A stretch of 64,000 bases of DNA, from contig NC_086108.1 of assembly GCF_963921235.1 (NCBI RefSeq), forward strand, positions 44,952,001 to 45,016,000, written 5' to 3'. Both the position numbers and the translations under genes were made by a program. The notes beneath the pieces were generated by a model. The model ran no database searches. It was not told where the DNA came from and was given only the letters and a program-made list of their open reading frames with translations. Source of the stretch: Mobula hypostoma (lineage: Eukaryota). Below are positions 52,140 through 64,000 of the stretch, piece by piece (the first letter of the stretch is position 1; every line of letters begins with the position of its first letter).

Positions 52140-53182
52140 TGTTGTTCTGCTTATATCTGAAGCAACAACTAAAAATCTTGATTGAAGTATTCTGTGTGGC
52201 TAAACCTGGCTCCAATGCCATATGTACGTTTGCTGCCAACACCACTGTCTTGGGCTGAATCAAAGATGGTGATGAGTCAGTATATAGGAGGGAGATTGAA
52301 AATTGAGTTGAGTGGTATCATAACAAAAATGTCTTATTTGATATCAGCAAGACTTCAAGAAAAGGAAACCAGAGGCCCATGAGTCACTTCTCATCTGAGG
52401 ATTGGAGACAGAGGGGGTTAGCAACTGTAAATTCATAATTTTGGAGGACCTGTCCTGGGCCTAGTATGTACCGGTAAGTGCAACTACGAAGAAAGCAGGG
52501 CAGCACCTCAACTTCCTTAGCAGCTTGCAGAGATTTGACATGATATCTAAAACTTTGACAAAATTTTTCTGCTGTAGATGCATAACGGAGAGTATATTGA
52601 CTGGCTGTATCACAGCCTAGTATGGAAACACCAATGACCTTGAATGGAAAATCATACAAAAAGTAGAGGATATGGCCTGCCCATCACAGGTAAAACCCTC
52701 CCAACCATTTAGCACATCTACATGAAACGCTGTTGCAGGAAAGCAGCATCCATCATCAGGGAACTCCACTACCCAGGACATGCCCTCTTCTTGCCACTGC
52801 CATTGGGAAGAAGGTACGGGAGCCTCGGCACTCACACCATCAGGTTCAAGAACGGAGGCTTTTCAACCAAAGGGGATAACGTCACTCAATTTCACTTGCC
52901 GCATCATTGAAATGTTCCCAAAACCAATGTACTCACTTTCAAGGATTCTTCATCTCATTTTCTTGATACTTATCGTTTGTTTTTTTAATTTATTTACTTA
53001 TTATTATTGCTTCTATTGTATTTGCACAGTTTGTTGTCTTCTGCATTCTGGTTTGGGCGGTCTTTCATTGATTCTGTTATGATTATTATTCTTTAGATTA
53101 ATTGAGTATGTTGCAAGAAAATGAATATGTTGTATATGGTGACATATATGTATTTTGATAATATATTTACTTTGAACTTTGA
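52140..53182 (+). mobile_element. Rex1/Babar-type LINE 3' part (decayed), related to 6110-7350
   Basis: ESILTGCITA*YGN, HPGHALFLPLPLGRRY-like segment, shared 3' UTR ending TTTACTTTGAACTTTGA. Confidence 0.85.
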
Positions 53183-54644
53183 TTACAAATTGTCCACCAG
53201 TAAAAGAAGAGTGCTAAAACCAGCTCTTCGCTGATTTCATAGTCCAAACAGTGACTGCAATATAAATTGGGTGTTGAAATTTTTAATCTAGTAATCAGCT
53301 ATTTGTCAAGGGTGAATTTTATAGATTGGCAGATGTTTGTAAATCTTCAGCTTCTAACTCTGGAAAAAGATCAGGTTGTGATGGCCAATGAACACACGAA
53401 CGATAGCTTTGTATATATAGACTTTAACTCTTTGAAGTTTGAAGACTGTGTGCTAGAAGATATTTATGTAAAAATTGAATATCTTTAAAGATTGCTGCCT
53501 TCTCTTTATATCCTTTAGTAGATAAATATGAGAGATTCTTGTGTAACAGCCCTTTGCTATATATGTGGTAGTATCCTTGTTTAAATGGTCACATTAAAAG
53601 GGTAAACAGATGTCAACTGAATGTTTTACCTGTTAATACCACCATTAGGCAGTTTAAAGCCTCAATTTTGCAAAGTTTGAGAAACTAGAGACCTCAAAAA
53701 CAGCTGAACTGTGAAAAGGAAAGAAAACCGCTATAAAATGATAGTCACATGCATTTGGTCCTAAATGATCTTGAAACTATAAAGTTCTACCGAGCATTGG
53801 CAAAAAGATGAGAACATGCTTAGATCAAATCATAAATCACTATTGGAAATCATACTGCAGAATAAATAAAATGAACTATTTTCTTGCCCTACACCTTAGA
53901 CTTTAGACCTATCTGGACAGGAAAACCTTCCACAGGATAGATCATGTGCTTCAGACCCCCCCCCCCCAAAAAAAAAGCTTGAATTCTCCTTTTATATCTT
54001 TTGATTTCCATCAAGATGTTGTTCAGGATTGTTTAGACATCCATTCAGATTTTATTTTCTCTGCTTCACCCAGGTGCTGAAGGTGCAAATCCCAAAGTGA
54101 TCTAAACAAGTTACACTCCATTAATTTTAAAATGCTTTTCTCCTAAATGTACAACAGGTGGCATACATGGAGCAATGGGAAATAATGAATAGTCATTACA
54201 GCAGACCAGAGAGTATGAGTTTTAGAGGTGGTAGTTGGTGAGTATTTTGCTTGAACAGCCTTACTCACTCCACTAAATCAGTGCATACTGTACCAAGCGG
54301 CTTGGCTTAGGACAACTGAGAGTTCTAACAGGAGAGCACAGGCAAGATCTCTCGGTGGCAGCTGACTAAATCTTTTCAGCCCCACGCCTTTTTAACTAAT
54401 TACAGCAGTCAGCACCTCAGGCTTACGAAGAATTATAGCAGCTTTTTAAAGAAAACAGGAGCTCCATTTGGGACTGAATAGATTGATACTTCATTCTTGA
54501 GACATGACATAAACCAGTTCAATGATTGACTAGCAGCCCAGACATCCTCCCGGGTCTGGTCTTGGTACTGCAAAATGTGGTGATATGAAGCTTCCAGAAC
54601 TGAACAGTGAATGTTAATCGTATTTTCTTTTCCCCATTCTTTAG

Positions 54645-54689
54645 CCTTGGCGATGGTGAAGCAAAGTTTCAGCAGTGGCTTAGGGAAAG
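54645..54689 (+). other. Candidate 45-nt frame-preserving exon
   Basis: Strong acceptor TATTTTCTTTTCCCCATTCTTTAG, donor AAG|GTAGTC; open as LGDGEAKFQQWLRE or as LAMVKQSFSSGLGK. Confidence 0.35.
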
Positions 54690-56134
54690 GTAGTCCGAGT
54701 TTGCATATTTTAAAAAAAAAACCTATGAATTTAATTTCCAGTTGCAGCCATTGAAACTGCAAAATCAAACATAAACACTAATAAACACCTTTATCATCCC
54801 TCCTCCCTCTCTGGTGGTTGGTCAGTGTGTTTGGGACAAAATTCACCAGCAATGAGGCGTTGCTTCATGTAATGGGGCATTTAAAAAATTTAATTGAAAG
54901 GCTTGGCATAGAGATCTGGCTGACAATTGGAACAAAGAACACTCTGCTGTCCCAAGTCTGTCCACCCACCATGTGCACCTAAGCTTGTGCTTTCTTGCGA
55001 TGGGGGTGGTCAAGAGAAGCAACTTCATGTGCTGTGCCCATATCTGGTTGTCATCACTTCCTTCTGTTCAACCCATCCATCTTGGTCGTTAAGGTTGCAG
55101 TTCCTCAGCACACTGACAGTGTGTTACTGCAGCTTCTGGTGAGCAGGGGGTAATGTTCATGCCAACGAAGTCCATGGGACATTGAGCCAGTGCAGCATGG
55201 AAGTGAAGCCGACACACGTGTATTGCCTCATTAAACATGGGTGGAGCAAGAGACGCCGAGCCAAGTTCAGCTGTTTTCTGCCCAGAATGAAGTCTTGCTG
55301 AGTTTGGCCATTGAGTCATGCAACCTTTATTTTAATAGAAAAGGTAATTTGTCATGAATGGACTGATTCAATATTTAAAATAAAGGACAGTTGTATTAAA
55401 AAACGAACTGTGCATCGTGTCACACCATATTTCTTCGAATAGCAATGTATAATTCATCCATAAATATGCTGCTCCTTGAGGAATTAAGGCAATATGGTCT
55501 TCAGGCAATTTAATTTGATGCATGATATTAACGATGAGATGAAAGATTAAATCATTTGAAAGTTATAATATAAAAGGGAACATGTGGTGCATGATCCTGT
55601 TAAACCACATAAGAGGCGGTGCTTGTATTTACCATTTAAACACATAGATTACAGTCAGAGAGGAGCATAGTCTGAATGTGTGGGTGGTGTTACTTAAATG
55701 CAGACACACACTCATCCCATCATGGGGGCTGCAGGCAAGAAAGCATCATTCATTCAAGTAAAGTAGAAGCTCCCATTATCCAGCTGCACCAGAGCTGTAA
55801 GGATATCTATAATTGCAGGACACCCATTATCAGCATGTAACTGAATTAGGAACTAATTTAAATCTCCACAGATGTTGGTCATATGGGATCTGTTATTTCC
55901 AGGGGTGCCACAGATAAGGTCACTCTGGTCCCCTTTTGTTATTACCGCAGTTTGGAACATGCTACAAAGCTGAACTTTTATATTCACGGTGGCTCTAAAA
56001 CCCACTCAGATAATTCCAGTGGAGACTCCACTGTTGAGTTTATTTAAAACAGAAGTCAGTAAATTTCTGGATTTCAGTGAATTGAGGGACTATGAGCATA
56101 ATTTTGAAAGATGACCGTGAAATAGAAGATCATA

Positions 56135-56343
56135 AACACAAGAGATTCAGTGGATGCTAGAAATCCAGACCGAAAATGCTGGAGGAACTCAGCACGTCAG
56201 GCAGCATCTATGGAAAGGAATAAGCAGTCGGCATTTCAGGCTGAGACACTTCATTTGTCTTGATGAGGGGTTTTAACTCAAAATGTCGACTGTTTATTCC
56301 TTTCCATAGACACTGCCTTACCTGCTGAGTTCCTCCAGCATTC
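56135..56343. mobile_element. Palindromic Penelope-derived short element
   Basis: Perfect 20-bp inverted match AATGCTGGAGGAACTCAGCA (56175-56194) / TGCTGAGTTCCTCCAGCATT (56323-56342); two decayed hammerhead motifs meet at the centre. Confidence 0.8.
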
Positions 56344-57899
56344 TAATAGTGGAGTAGACCTTATGGTTTGGATGGTCTGTTTCTGCTCCTATTATGTTCC
56401 AGTGTACCTCATGTGACCTGGAAAACCTTTGTTCGGATGGTAGCAACACAATCAGCTCCTAAGACTCATTGTTTCATACTCTGTTCCCATCCCCAACTCT
56501 GAGCCACTCCTACAATAAAAAGCAACACAATGTTGTGGCTAGAAATGCAAAGTTCTGGATAACTTAGAATATAAATGACTTAATTTTTGAACTAAGTTGT
56601 CAAATACAAATCTCCTGGCTGATGTGTCTTGGGCAACTGTGGAAGCAAGTCTAATTAGCTCGAGTATGTAATTTAATATCTCATCGAAGATTTATTTTTT
56701 ATCGTTGAATGAGAATAGCACAGAGTAGTTGCTGGGAAGGAAGTGGGATAAATAGAATGGATGGGTGATTCACCTTTAGTCATTGCCTGTGCAAATTAAT
56801 CTGCCACTGATTCTGGTTGGATGAAGAAGCCTAGTTTTGCTATAGTTGAAAGGTAGGATTTTAGTTTTATTTCGGGGGCAAGCCCTCCAAAGTGCAGAGA
56901 CTGTGAACTTGATGTTCAGGGTGAAAGCAGTCACTTGATATACATTGAGCCAGGTAGAGAAGGGGATTCCCAGATTATGGAGTGTGGAGAGCTTGCTAGC
57001 TGCAGATGCTGCAGCACTTGCATTGCTACAGTGAACTCAGCACCTTTGGCTTTGGAAAGGCAGTGGGAGGTGGGAATCAAATGGTAGATCTATTCTCGAT
57101 GCTATTCAGTGGCATCTCCCTCGAGCTTCCCTCCCTCTGATGGACATTGCACACTTGAATATTGAGTAGGAGCAAGAAGAGGCTCCCAAGTAATGCTCCC
57201 CAATGTTATCACTGTTCAATATTCAGCCTAAGGATAGTCATTTAGTTGACTGCCAGAGATGGACAATAGAATCCTGCCATCTCAGGTTGGCCCTTGAAGA
57301 AATTAATAAAGAATATCTGGGAAGGGTTATAAAGTCAAACATGAAGCCAATGTAAATCAAAATATGCAATGATGTGTGTGGCTTTAGTAGCAGCAATTCA
57401 TGCTTAAAATTAACAGAAAAGCTTTAATTTACTTAAGTAAATTAAATAATATTCTCTAATTACTTATTCAAATTAGTCATGAGGACTGACTTACCTTAAA
57501 ATATAAATGCAACGCAACATGTGTTTCCATCTTGATGTTTGATAAAGATCATGGCACATTTGGGAATAGCTTGGAAACAAAGTGGGTCTCACATTTTGTG
57601 AGTCATTGGTGTTTCTATACCCCAATGATCAAAACACAATTCAGAACCTTTGTGTTTCCCACGACGTGTAATAGTGAGAAAATGTACTTTATGGAAACAC
57701 ACTGCATTCAGGCTGAAATTACATCCACATGTGGATATATTTGATCAGTGTGGAGAAGCTGGTATTGCTTTTTAAAATATCTTTTTTTACTGACCTGCTA
57801 GTTAATGTCCTTTGTTTCCGACAGTGCACTTTATTTCTAGATTAGAACAGTGGAAACCTGGTGGCTTGGTTCACTGCACAGTAGCTACTGTATTATGGG

Positions 57900-58600
57900 T
57901 GTAGCTCCCTGGTAAGCCTCAGGCTCGCTCAGCTCGCGTCCGTCTGGGGGAAGCAGCCTTCGGCCCCACCAAACTGGGTATCAAGTTTGTGTGGAGACTG
58001 TGTGATGTACCCCACCCCGCCAAATAACAGACAGTACACCATATGCGATTAAATGATTACACTTTATAGATCTTACTGGAACTATGTAATTAATAGAGAT
58101 AAAATATAAAAGGAAAGTGAAAGGTGCCAAACTTATCAAAGTTCAACCACTTCGTGCACACAGTTGGAGCTCGATTAACAGAGTCCTCTTTCCACCATTT
58201 GATCCCTTCCAACCCCCTCGACCTGCTGCCTGGGACCAACCATGGTGGTCAACTAGACGCTGCACACGAGTCTGTCTTCATCTCCTCTCCTCGCCGAACA
58301 CCTTGGACCTCGGGGTCCATCCCGCTGCCCAGCTTACAGCATCACATCTCCTGTCTCTGCCCCCATCTGCCTTCTGCCTCAACGCCCGTGAAAAACAATA
58401 GCTTACAGTCACACAAGAAAGAATAACATCTATCCCAATTGGTTTGTTCCTTCTCTTGTCAATAATATAACCCAAGCAAGCAGAGAGAGAGAACTCCTTA
58501 CATCGCAGTTATTATTACAGAAAAGCCATTTTCATTATAACATAACAAAGAAGCCATTTTGTTAGCCTTTGCAGTAACATAAAAGAAGAAACTCCTTACA
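57900..58600. mobile_element. Probable solo LTR (about 700 bp)
   Basis: Termini TGTAG...TTACA, richer in CpG than the flanks, internal direct repeats (ACTCCTTACA, AAGCCATTTT); no matching TSD seen. Confidence 0.6.
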
Positions 58601-59385
58601 GGAATCACTGGGCTTCTCTCTGTTTTGGGCTGGTCATATCTGTCTTAACTTAGTCTTGATGTTCTGCTGTCAAAACATTGGCATTATGAGTCTTAACCCT
58701 GGAAATCCAACATGGCCAAGCATGGTTTTTTAATCAATTCCTATGCTTTTTGTCTTTTCTAATTTAGTAATGATAATTTCTTAGAGCTCCCTTTCATTGT
58801 CTGCCGATTTATATTCAACTGTGAACCAGATATGCCACCTCTTGAAAAGCCTCACATCCTGTATCCTGGTACATAAAGCCACAAGAAATAACAGTGGGAG
58901 ACTTTTGTTCTAATATCACTTTTCTGCCCATTAAACAAATTTCATCGAGATGTAGCAAACAGAAGAGAAGAGTGGTTACCCGACAAGCAAGACAAAGAGG
59001 TATGATAATACAAGAGGCAGGAACCTCTTTGTTCCCATGCCACCACAGCTCCTAACCAATAATCCGTCTCAATCGGAGTGCTGCATTGCTAGCTCAAGGA
59101 AGGATTTACATTCTGCAGCCCATTTTGGTCGGGGTAGGCAGTACCTGTATTTATTTCCAACTTGTTTATTGCTGGGTTACCCAAGAGCTTTAAACCATCA
59201 TGGCTTGTTAGATTATGCAGCATTCACACTACCTTAGAGCAAGTGTTGTAGATTGTGTATCAGGCCCCCCAAAACTTCAGGTTTCGGGATTTTAGCAATA
59301 CTGACAAATTGTTGATCCCCTTCAAGAATATAAATAATTTATTTAAATAATCCCCCCCAATTTGTTTAAAGTCTTCGAAGCTCAC

Positions 59386-59432
59386 TGCTCTCTTGCTTGC
59401 ACATCTTTTCCCAGCTCCATTGTCTCCGTCAC
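59386..59432 (-). other. Candidate 47-nt exon
   Basis: Acceptor ATCTTCTCATTGCAG, donor GCA|GTGAGC; open as VTETMELGKDVQARE or as GDGDNGAGKRCASKRA. Confidence 0.35.
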
Positions 59433-59502
59433 CTGCAATGAGAAGATGCCAATTATGCTGGATAGGAGTTTTGGAATTTCATTCTGAGATCTCTTTTTCA
59501 TA

Positions 59503-59628
59503 AACACGAGTTTCTGCAGATGCTGAAAATACAACAAATGAAGGGTCTCACTCTGAAATGTCAACTGTTTACTCCTCTCCATAGATGCTGCCTGACCTGC
59601 TGAGTTCTTTCAGCATTTTGTTTGTATC
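59503..59628. mobile_element. Penelope-derived short element with partial inverted arms
   Basis: AACACGAGTTTCTGCAGATGCTG arm joined to the opposite-orientation ATGAAGGGTCTCACTCTGAAATGTCAACT...CCTGCTGAGTTC arm. Confidence 0.7.
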
Positions 59629-59867
59629 TTCTTCAATACTTTCTCAGTTTATTTTACAGATAACAAAATGCCAAATTGTGACAAAAAATCTTTTCGACAA
59701 TCTACCTGCCCAAGAGGGGAAAGCTTTTTAAACCATGTATTTGGTATCCTCTATTAATGAATACAATGTTCATGTGCTCCTTTACCATGAAGCATTTCTG
59801 TAAATCAATAGGATAAATAGATACTATTCAGCATGAAAGACGTGAAGGGAAATGTTCTAGTGGGAAA

Positions 59868-61112
59868 TCTGCAGCGTGCTACCACCCACACTGGACCCCC
59901 TACAATTCGCCTACCGACACAACCAATCGACAGATGACGCAATAGCCACAGCTCTACACACCGTCCTTACACACTTGGAGAAGAGGGATGCTTGTGTGAG
60001 AATGCTGTTCTTGGATAACAGTTCAGCATTCAACACCTTAATTCCCTCCAGGCTCGACAAGAAGCTCAGAGACCTTGGCCTTCACCCTGCCTTGTGTAGC
60101 TGGATCCTGGACTTCATGTCAGATCGGCGGCAGGTGGCAAGAGTGGGCTCCTTCACCTCTGTCCCTCTGACTCTCAACACAGGTATCCCTCAGGGCTGTG
60201 TACTAAACCCCTTCCTTTATTCTCTGTATACCCATGACTATGTCACCACCCAGAGCTCCAATCTGCTAATTAAATTTGCTGATGACAGTACATTGATTGG
60301 CCTCATCTCAAATAATAGCGAGGCAGCCTACAGAGTAGTAGTCATCACCCTGACGTAGTGGTGTCAAGAAAACAACCTCTCCCTAAATGTCTCAAGAACA
60401 AAGGAGCTGGTTGTGGATTACAGGAGGAATGGAGACAGGCTAGCCCCTATTGACATCAATGGATCTGGGGTTGAGAGGGTGAACAGCTTTAAGTTCCTTA
60501 GCATAAACATCACTGAGGATCTCACGTGGTCTGTACAAACCGGCTGTGTGGTGGAAAAGGCACAGCAGCGCCTCTTTCACCTCAGATGGTTGAAGAAATT
60601 TGGTCTGGCCCCCCAAATCCTAAGAAATTTCTACAGGGGCACAATCAAGAGCATCCTGACTGGCTGCATCACTGCCTGGTATGGGAACTGTACTTCCCTC
60701 AATCTCAGGACTCTGCAGAGAATGGTGCGGACAGCCCAGCGCATCTATAGATGTACACTTCCCACTATCCAGGACATTTACAAAGACAGGAGTGTAAAAA
60801 AGGGTCCGAAGGATCATTGTGGACCCAAGTCACCCCAACCACAAACTGTTCCAGCTGCTTCCATCCGGGAAAGGGTATCGCAGCATAAAAGCCAGGACCA
60901 ACAGACTCCGGGATAGCTTCTTTCACCAGGCTGTCAGACTGCTTAATTCATGCTGGCACAACTGAAATTTCTATGTTATATTGACTATCCTATTGTACAT
61001 ACTATTTATCATAAATTACCATAAATTGCACATTTAGATGGAGACGTAATGTAAAGATTTTTACTCATCTTTTTATGAAGGATGGAAGTAATAAAGTCAA
61101 TTCAATTCAATT
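59868..61112 (+). mobile_element. Rex1/Babar-type LINE, 5'-truncated; same family as 47745-49892
   Basis: LDPLQFAYRHNQSTDDAI, SSAFNT, PQGCVLNP, IKFADD (ORF 59876..60358), KAQQRLFHLR; tail AATAAAGTCAATTCAATTCAATT. Confidence 0.95.
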
Positions 61113-61604
61113 AGTCCTGGTGCTAAAGTGATGGATTAGAGCACAGCATATTTCCTACCAAGAGAATGACGAGTTGCTTTCATCAGCTAATTTAATATGT
61201 TCAGATTTCTGAATATATCAAAAAAGGTTCCTAGCCAATATTGGGTTGGAAGCTTGCCTGGGAACATGTGGGAAACTGATATTACAGTGTGGGAAAACTC
61301 ATAAGCAAAGTAGCAAATTAAAGATACCTGGGAATAGAGATCTGTATAGCTCTTGTAAAGGCTATGATGATGAAGGTACTTTTTTTAGTGTGTATTTTCC
61401 AAATGTTGGATGGAGCAACGTCTTTGCTGCAAATATAGTAGTCTGAGAGAGTCTGTGCAGTGTACAGCTTTGATGTATGATGGGATTAGCTTGCTGCAGA
61501 GGAAGAGGCTGAACTGTGCCATTCCCAGAATCTGCAAATCTGGGAAAGCCATAAAACTCCAGAGACATGAGTTCAATCCCAACCTTAGGTGTAATTTCTG
61601 TGAG

Positions 61605-63270
61605 AGTTTAGGATTCATAGCGTATAGCAGAGGAATAGGCCCTTCTTCCAATAATGTCTGTTCCAACTATGATGCCATTTTGAACTAATTCCACCCTGCC
61701 TGTAGATCTACATACCTCCAGCTCCCCCCTGCCCACCTATTCATGTATCTGCCTAAATGCTTCTTGAATGTTGGGATCATGTGTTTCCACCATCTCCATT
61801 GGTGACATATTCCAGACTCCACCCACTTCCTCTGTACACAAAAATATGCCTCACAAATCTCCTCTAAACTTTACTCCTTTCATCTATGCTTTCTAGTATT
61901 TGACTTTTCCACCCCGGAGAAGAGATACTCACTACCTCTTCTATCCTTTGTCTCATAATTTTATATACTTCTATCAAGTCACCTCTTAGTCTCTGATACT
62001 GCAGAGAAAACATTCCAACTTTGCCCAACCTCTCCATATTGCTAATATTCTCTAATCCAAAAACATGCTGGTGAATCTCTTCTGCAGCTTCTCCAAAGCT
62101 TCCACATCCTTCTTATACTGCAGTGACCAGAACTGCACACGATAGTCTAAATGAGGTCTAACCAAAGCTTTATGCAACTGTAGTATGACTTAATAACTTT
62201 TATGCAATGCCCTGACGTGTAAGTATACCTTGCTTACCATCCTATTGATTTGTGTTTCCACATTCAGGGAGCTGTAGACTTACATTCTAAGATCTCTCTG
62301 TACATCAATGTGCCAAAGGGTCGTACTACTTATTGTATACTCTCCTCTTATATTTGACCTTTCAAAGTGCAGCACCTCATACTTGTCAGGATTAAACTCC
62401 ATCTGTCATTTTTTTTCTTGTTAATATTTCTAACTTTTCTATTCCTGCTGTATCCTTTGAAAACTTTCTCACTATTCTGTACTCCTTCAATTTTTGTGTT
62501 ATCTGCACACTTATAAATCAGCCCACCTGCATTTTTGTGTAAAGGTCCCAGTACCGCAGCTGTACAAGGCCTTGGTGAGACCACACCTGGAGTATTGTGT
62601 GCAGTTTTGGTCCCCCAATCTGAGGAAAGACATTCTTGCCATAGAGGGAGTACAAACATGGTTCACCAGATTGATTCCTGGGATGGCAGGGCTTTCATAT
62701 GATGAAAGACTGGATCGACTAGGCTTATATTTGCTGGAATTTAGAAGATTGAGGGGGGGGATCTGATTGAAACATATAAAATCCTAAAGGGATTGGACAG
62801 GCTAGATGCAGGAAGATTGTTCCCAATGTTGGGGAAGTCCAGAACGAGGGGTCACAGTTTGAGGATAAAGGGGAAGCCTTTTAGGACCGAGATGAGGGAA
62901 AACTTCTTCACACAGGGAGTGGTGAATCTGTGGAATTCTGTGCCACAGGAAACAGTTGAGGCCAGTTCATTGGCTATATTTAAGAGGGAGTTAGATATGG
63001 CCCTTGTGGCTAAAGGGATCAGGGGGTATGGAGGGAAGGCTGGTACAGGGTTCTGAGTTGGATGATCAGCCACAATCAGACTGAATGGTGGTGTAGGCTC
63101 GAAGGGCCGAATGGCCTAGTCCTACACCTATCTTCTATGTTTCTACTGATTCCTGCAGAACAGCTCTAGTCACAGCCCTCCAGTTAGAATAACACACTAC
63201 AACCATTACCCCGTCTTCTATGGGCAAGCCGATTTTGAATCCAATCTACCACGTCTCAATGGTTCCAAAG
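61605..63270 (-). mobile_element. Old CR1 fragment interrupted by a younger CR1
   Basis: Minus strand CADNTKI (FADD equivalent) at about 62490-62510, LVRPHLDYRVQFWS at about 62120-62165; sequence continues at 63146 (CTGATTCCTGCAG). Confidence 0.7.
62552..63145 (+). mobile_element. Younger CR1 3' fragment
   Basis: LYKALVRPHLEYCVQFWSP, RTRGHSLRI...FFTQGVVNLWNS; tail TTCTATGTTTCTA. Confidence 0.93.
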
Positions 63271-64000
63271 GAAAATCATATTCAATTAACTTATAAGAAT
63301 GTTTCCATAATGGAACTGAATGGTCAACAGGGAAATAGTTGTTGTGGTGTTCATGGATTTTCCAAAAACATTAGTAAGGTGCTTCATAGATGGCTTTTGC
63401 CTAGACTGAAGGATATGAACTGGAAGCTGCAGTAAGAGAACGGAAAGAAAACTGGCTAAGTGACAGTTGCTTTTCATACTGAAGAGAAGCAGTAGCTTTT
63501 CTCCTGAAGTCACTGCTAGGATCACTGGATCTTCTTAGTGTGATTTTGATGACTTACAAATTGTAGATGACACAAACTTCCTGTACTTTGTGAAGGGCAC
63601 TGCACCTCACTTCCAGTTAAAGCCGTAATGCTTGTTGAGTTGGAATAAGTGTTACTGCTTTTGGACACAGAATCCATCCTCTTTAAGATTCCTTCTGGCC
63701 TATGGAATGATTGCAAAACCTCCTATGGAAGAGAAATTTGTCTCCCTTGCTATACTGTATATACAGCCTCGCTCTTATTTCATTCAACAAATATAAACTT
63801 AACAAGTAGGAGCAGGAGCGGAGAAGCCCATTAGGGTCCTTGAGCTGGTTTCACCATGTATGGAGTCCTCTTTCTTTTTCAATGCATTTAACCCATGATT
63901 CCTCTGTGGATCAAAAATCTGTCTCAGCCTTGAATATAATTATCAACTTTTCTTCTGCATGCATGGATATGTAGTGTTTACAGAGGGAAAAAGCCACTCT

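Noticed and set aside
57388..57409. TAGCAGCAATTCATGCTTAAAA resembles miR-15/424-family mature sequences
   Set aside because: No complementary 3' arm (TGCTGCT) downstream, so there is no credible pre-miRNA hairpin.

Overview
Eukaryotic (vertebrate) genomic DNA, AT-rich and dominated by repeats. The repeat set (CR1 LINEs, Rex1/Babar-type LINEs, Penelope-derived repeats, tRNA-derived SINEs, an RTE remnant, hAT and Tc1 DNA transposons, a probable solo LTR) suggests a cartilaginous fish, probably a ray. That assignment is an inference from family resemblance, not a database result. No host protein-coding gene could be identified, and every ORF-track entry I could recognise is a decayed transposon fragment. 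Non-repeat signals are a CpG-rich promoter-like island at about 18.4-18.8 kb, a CTCF-like site, several small candidate exons on both strands and unique blocks that look like conserved enhancers. The most interesting observations are: (i) short palindromic Penelope-derived elements with minimal hammerhead-ribozyme motifs, in one case on both strands; (ii) a degenerate tandem array of hairpin-like units at 10.7-11.1 kb; (iii) a CR1 < hAT < Rex1 nest with TIRs and TSDs still visible; (iv) young non-autonomous retroelements with clean junctions. I found no new biological system that I can support. Boundaries of old repeats are approximate.
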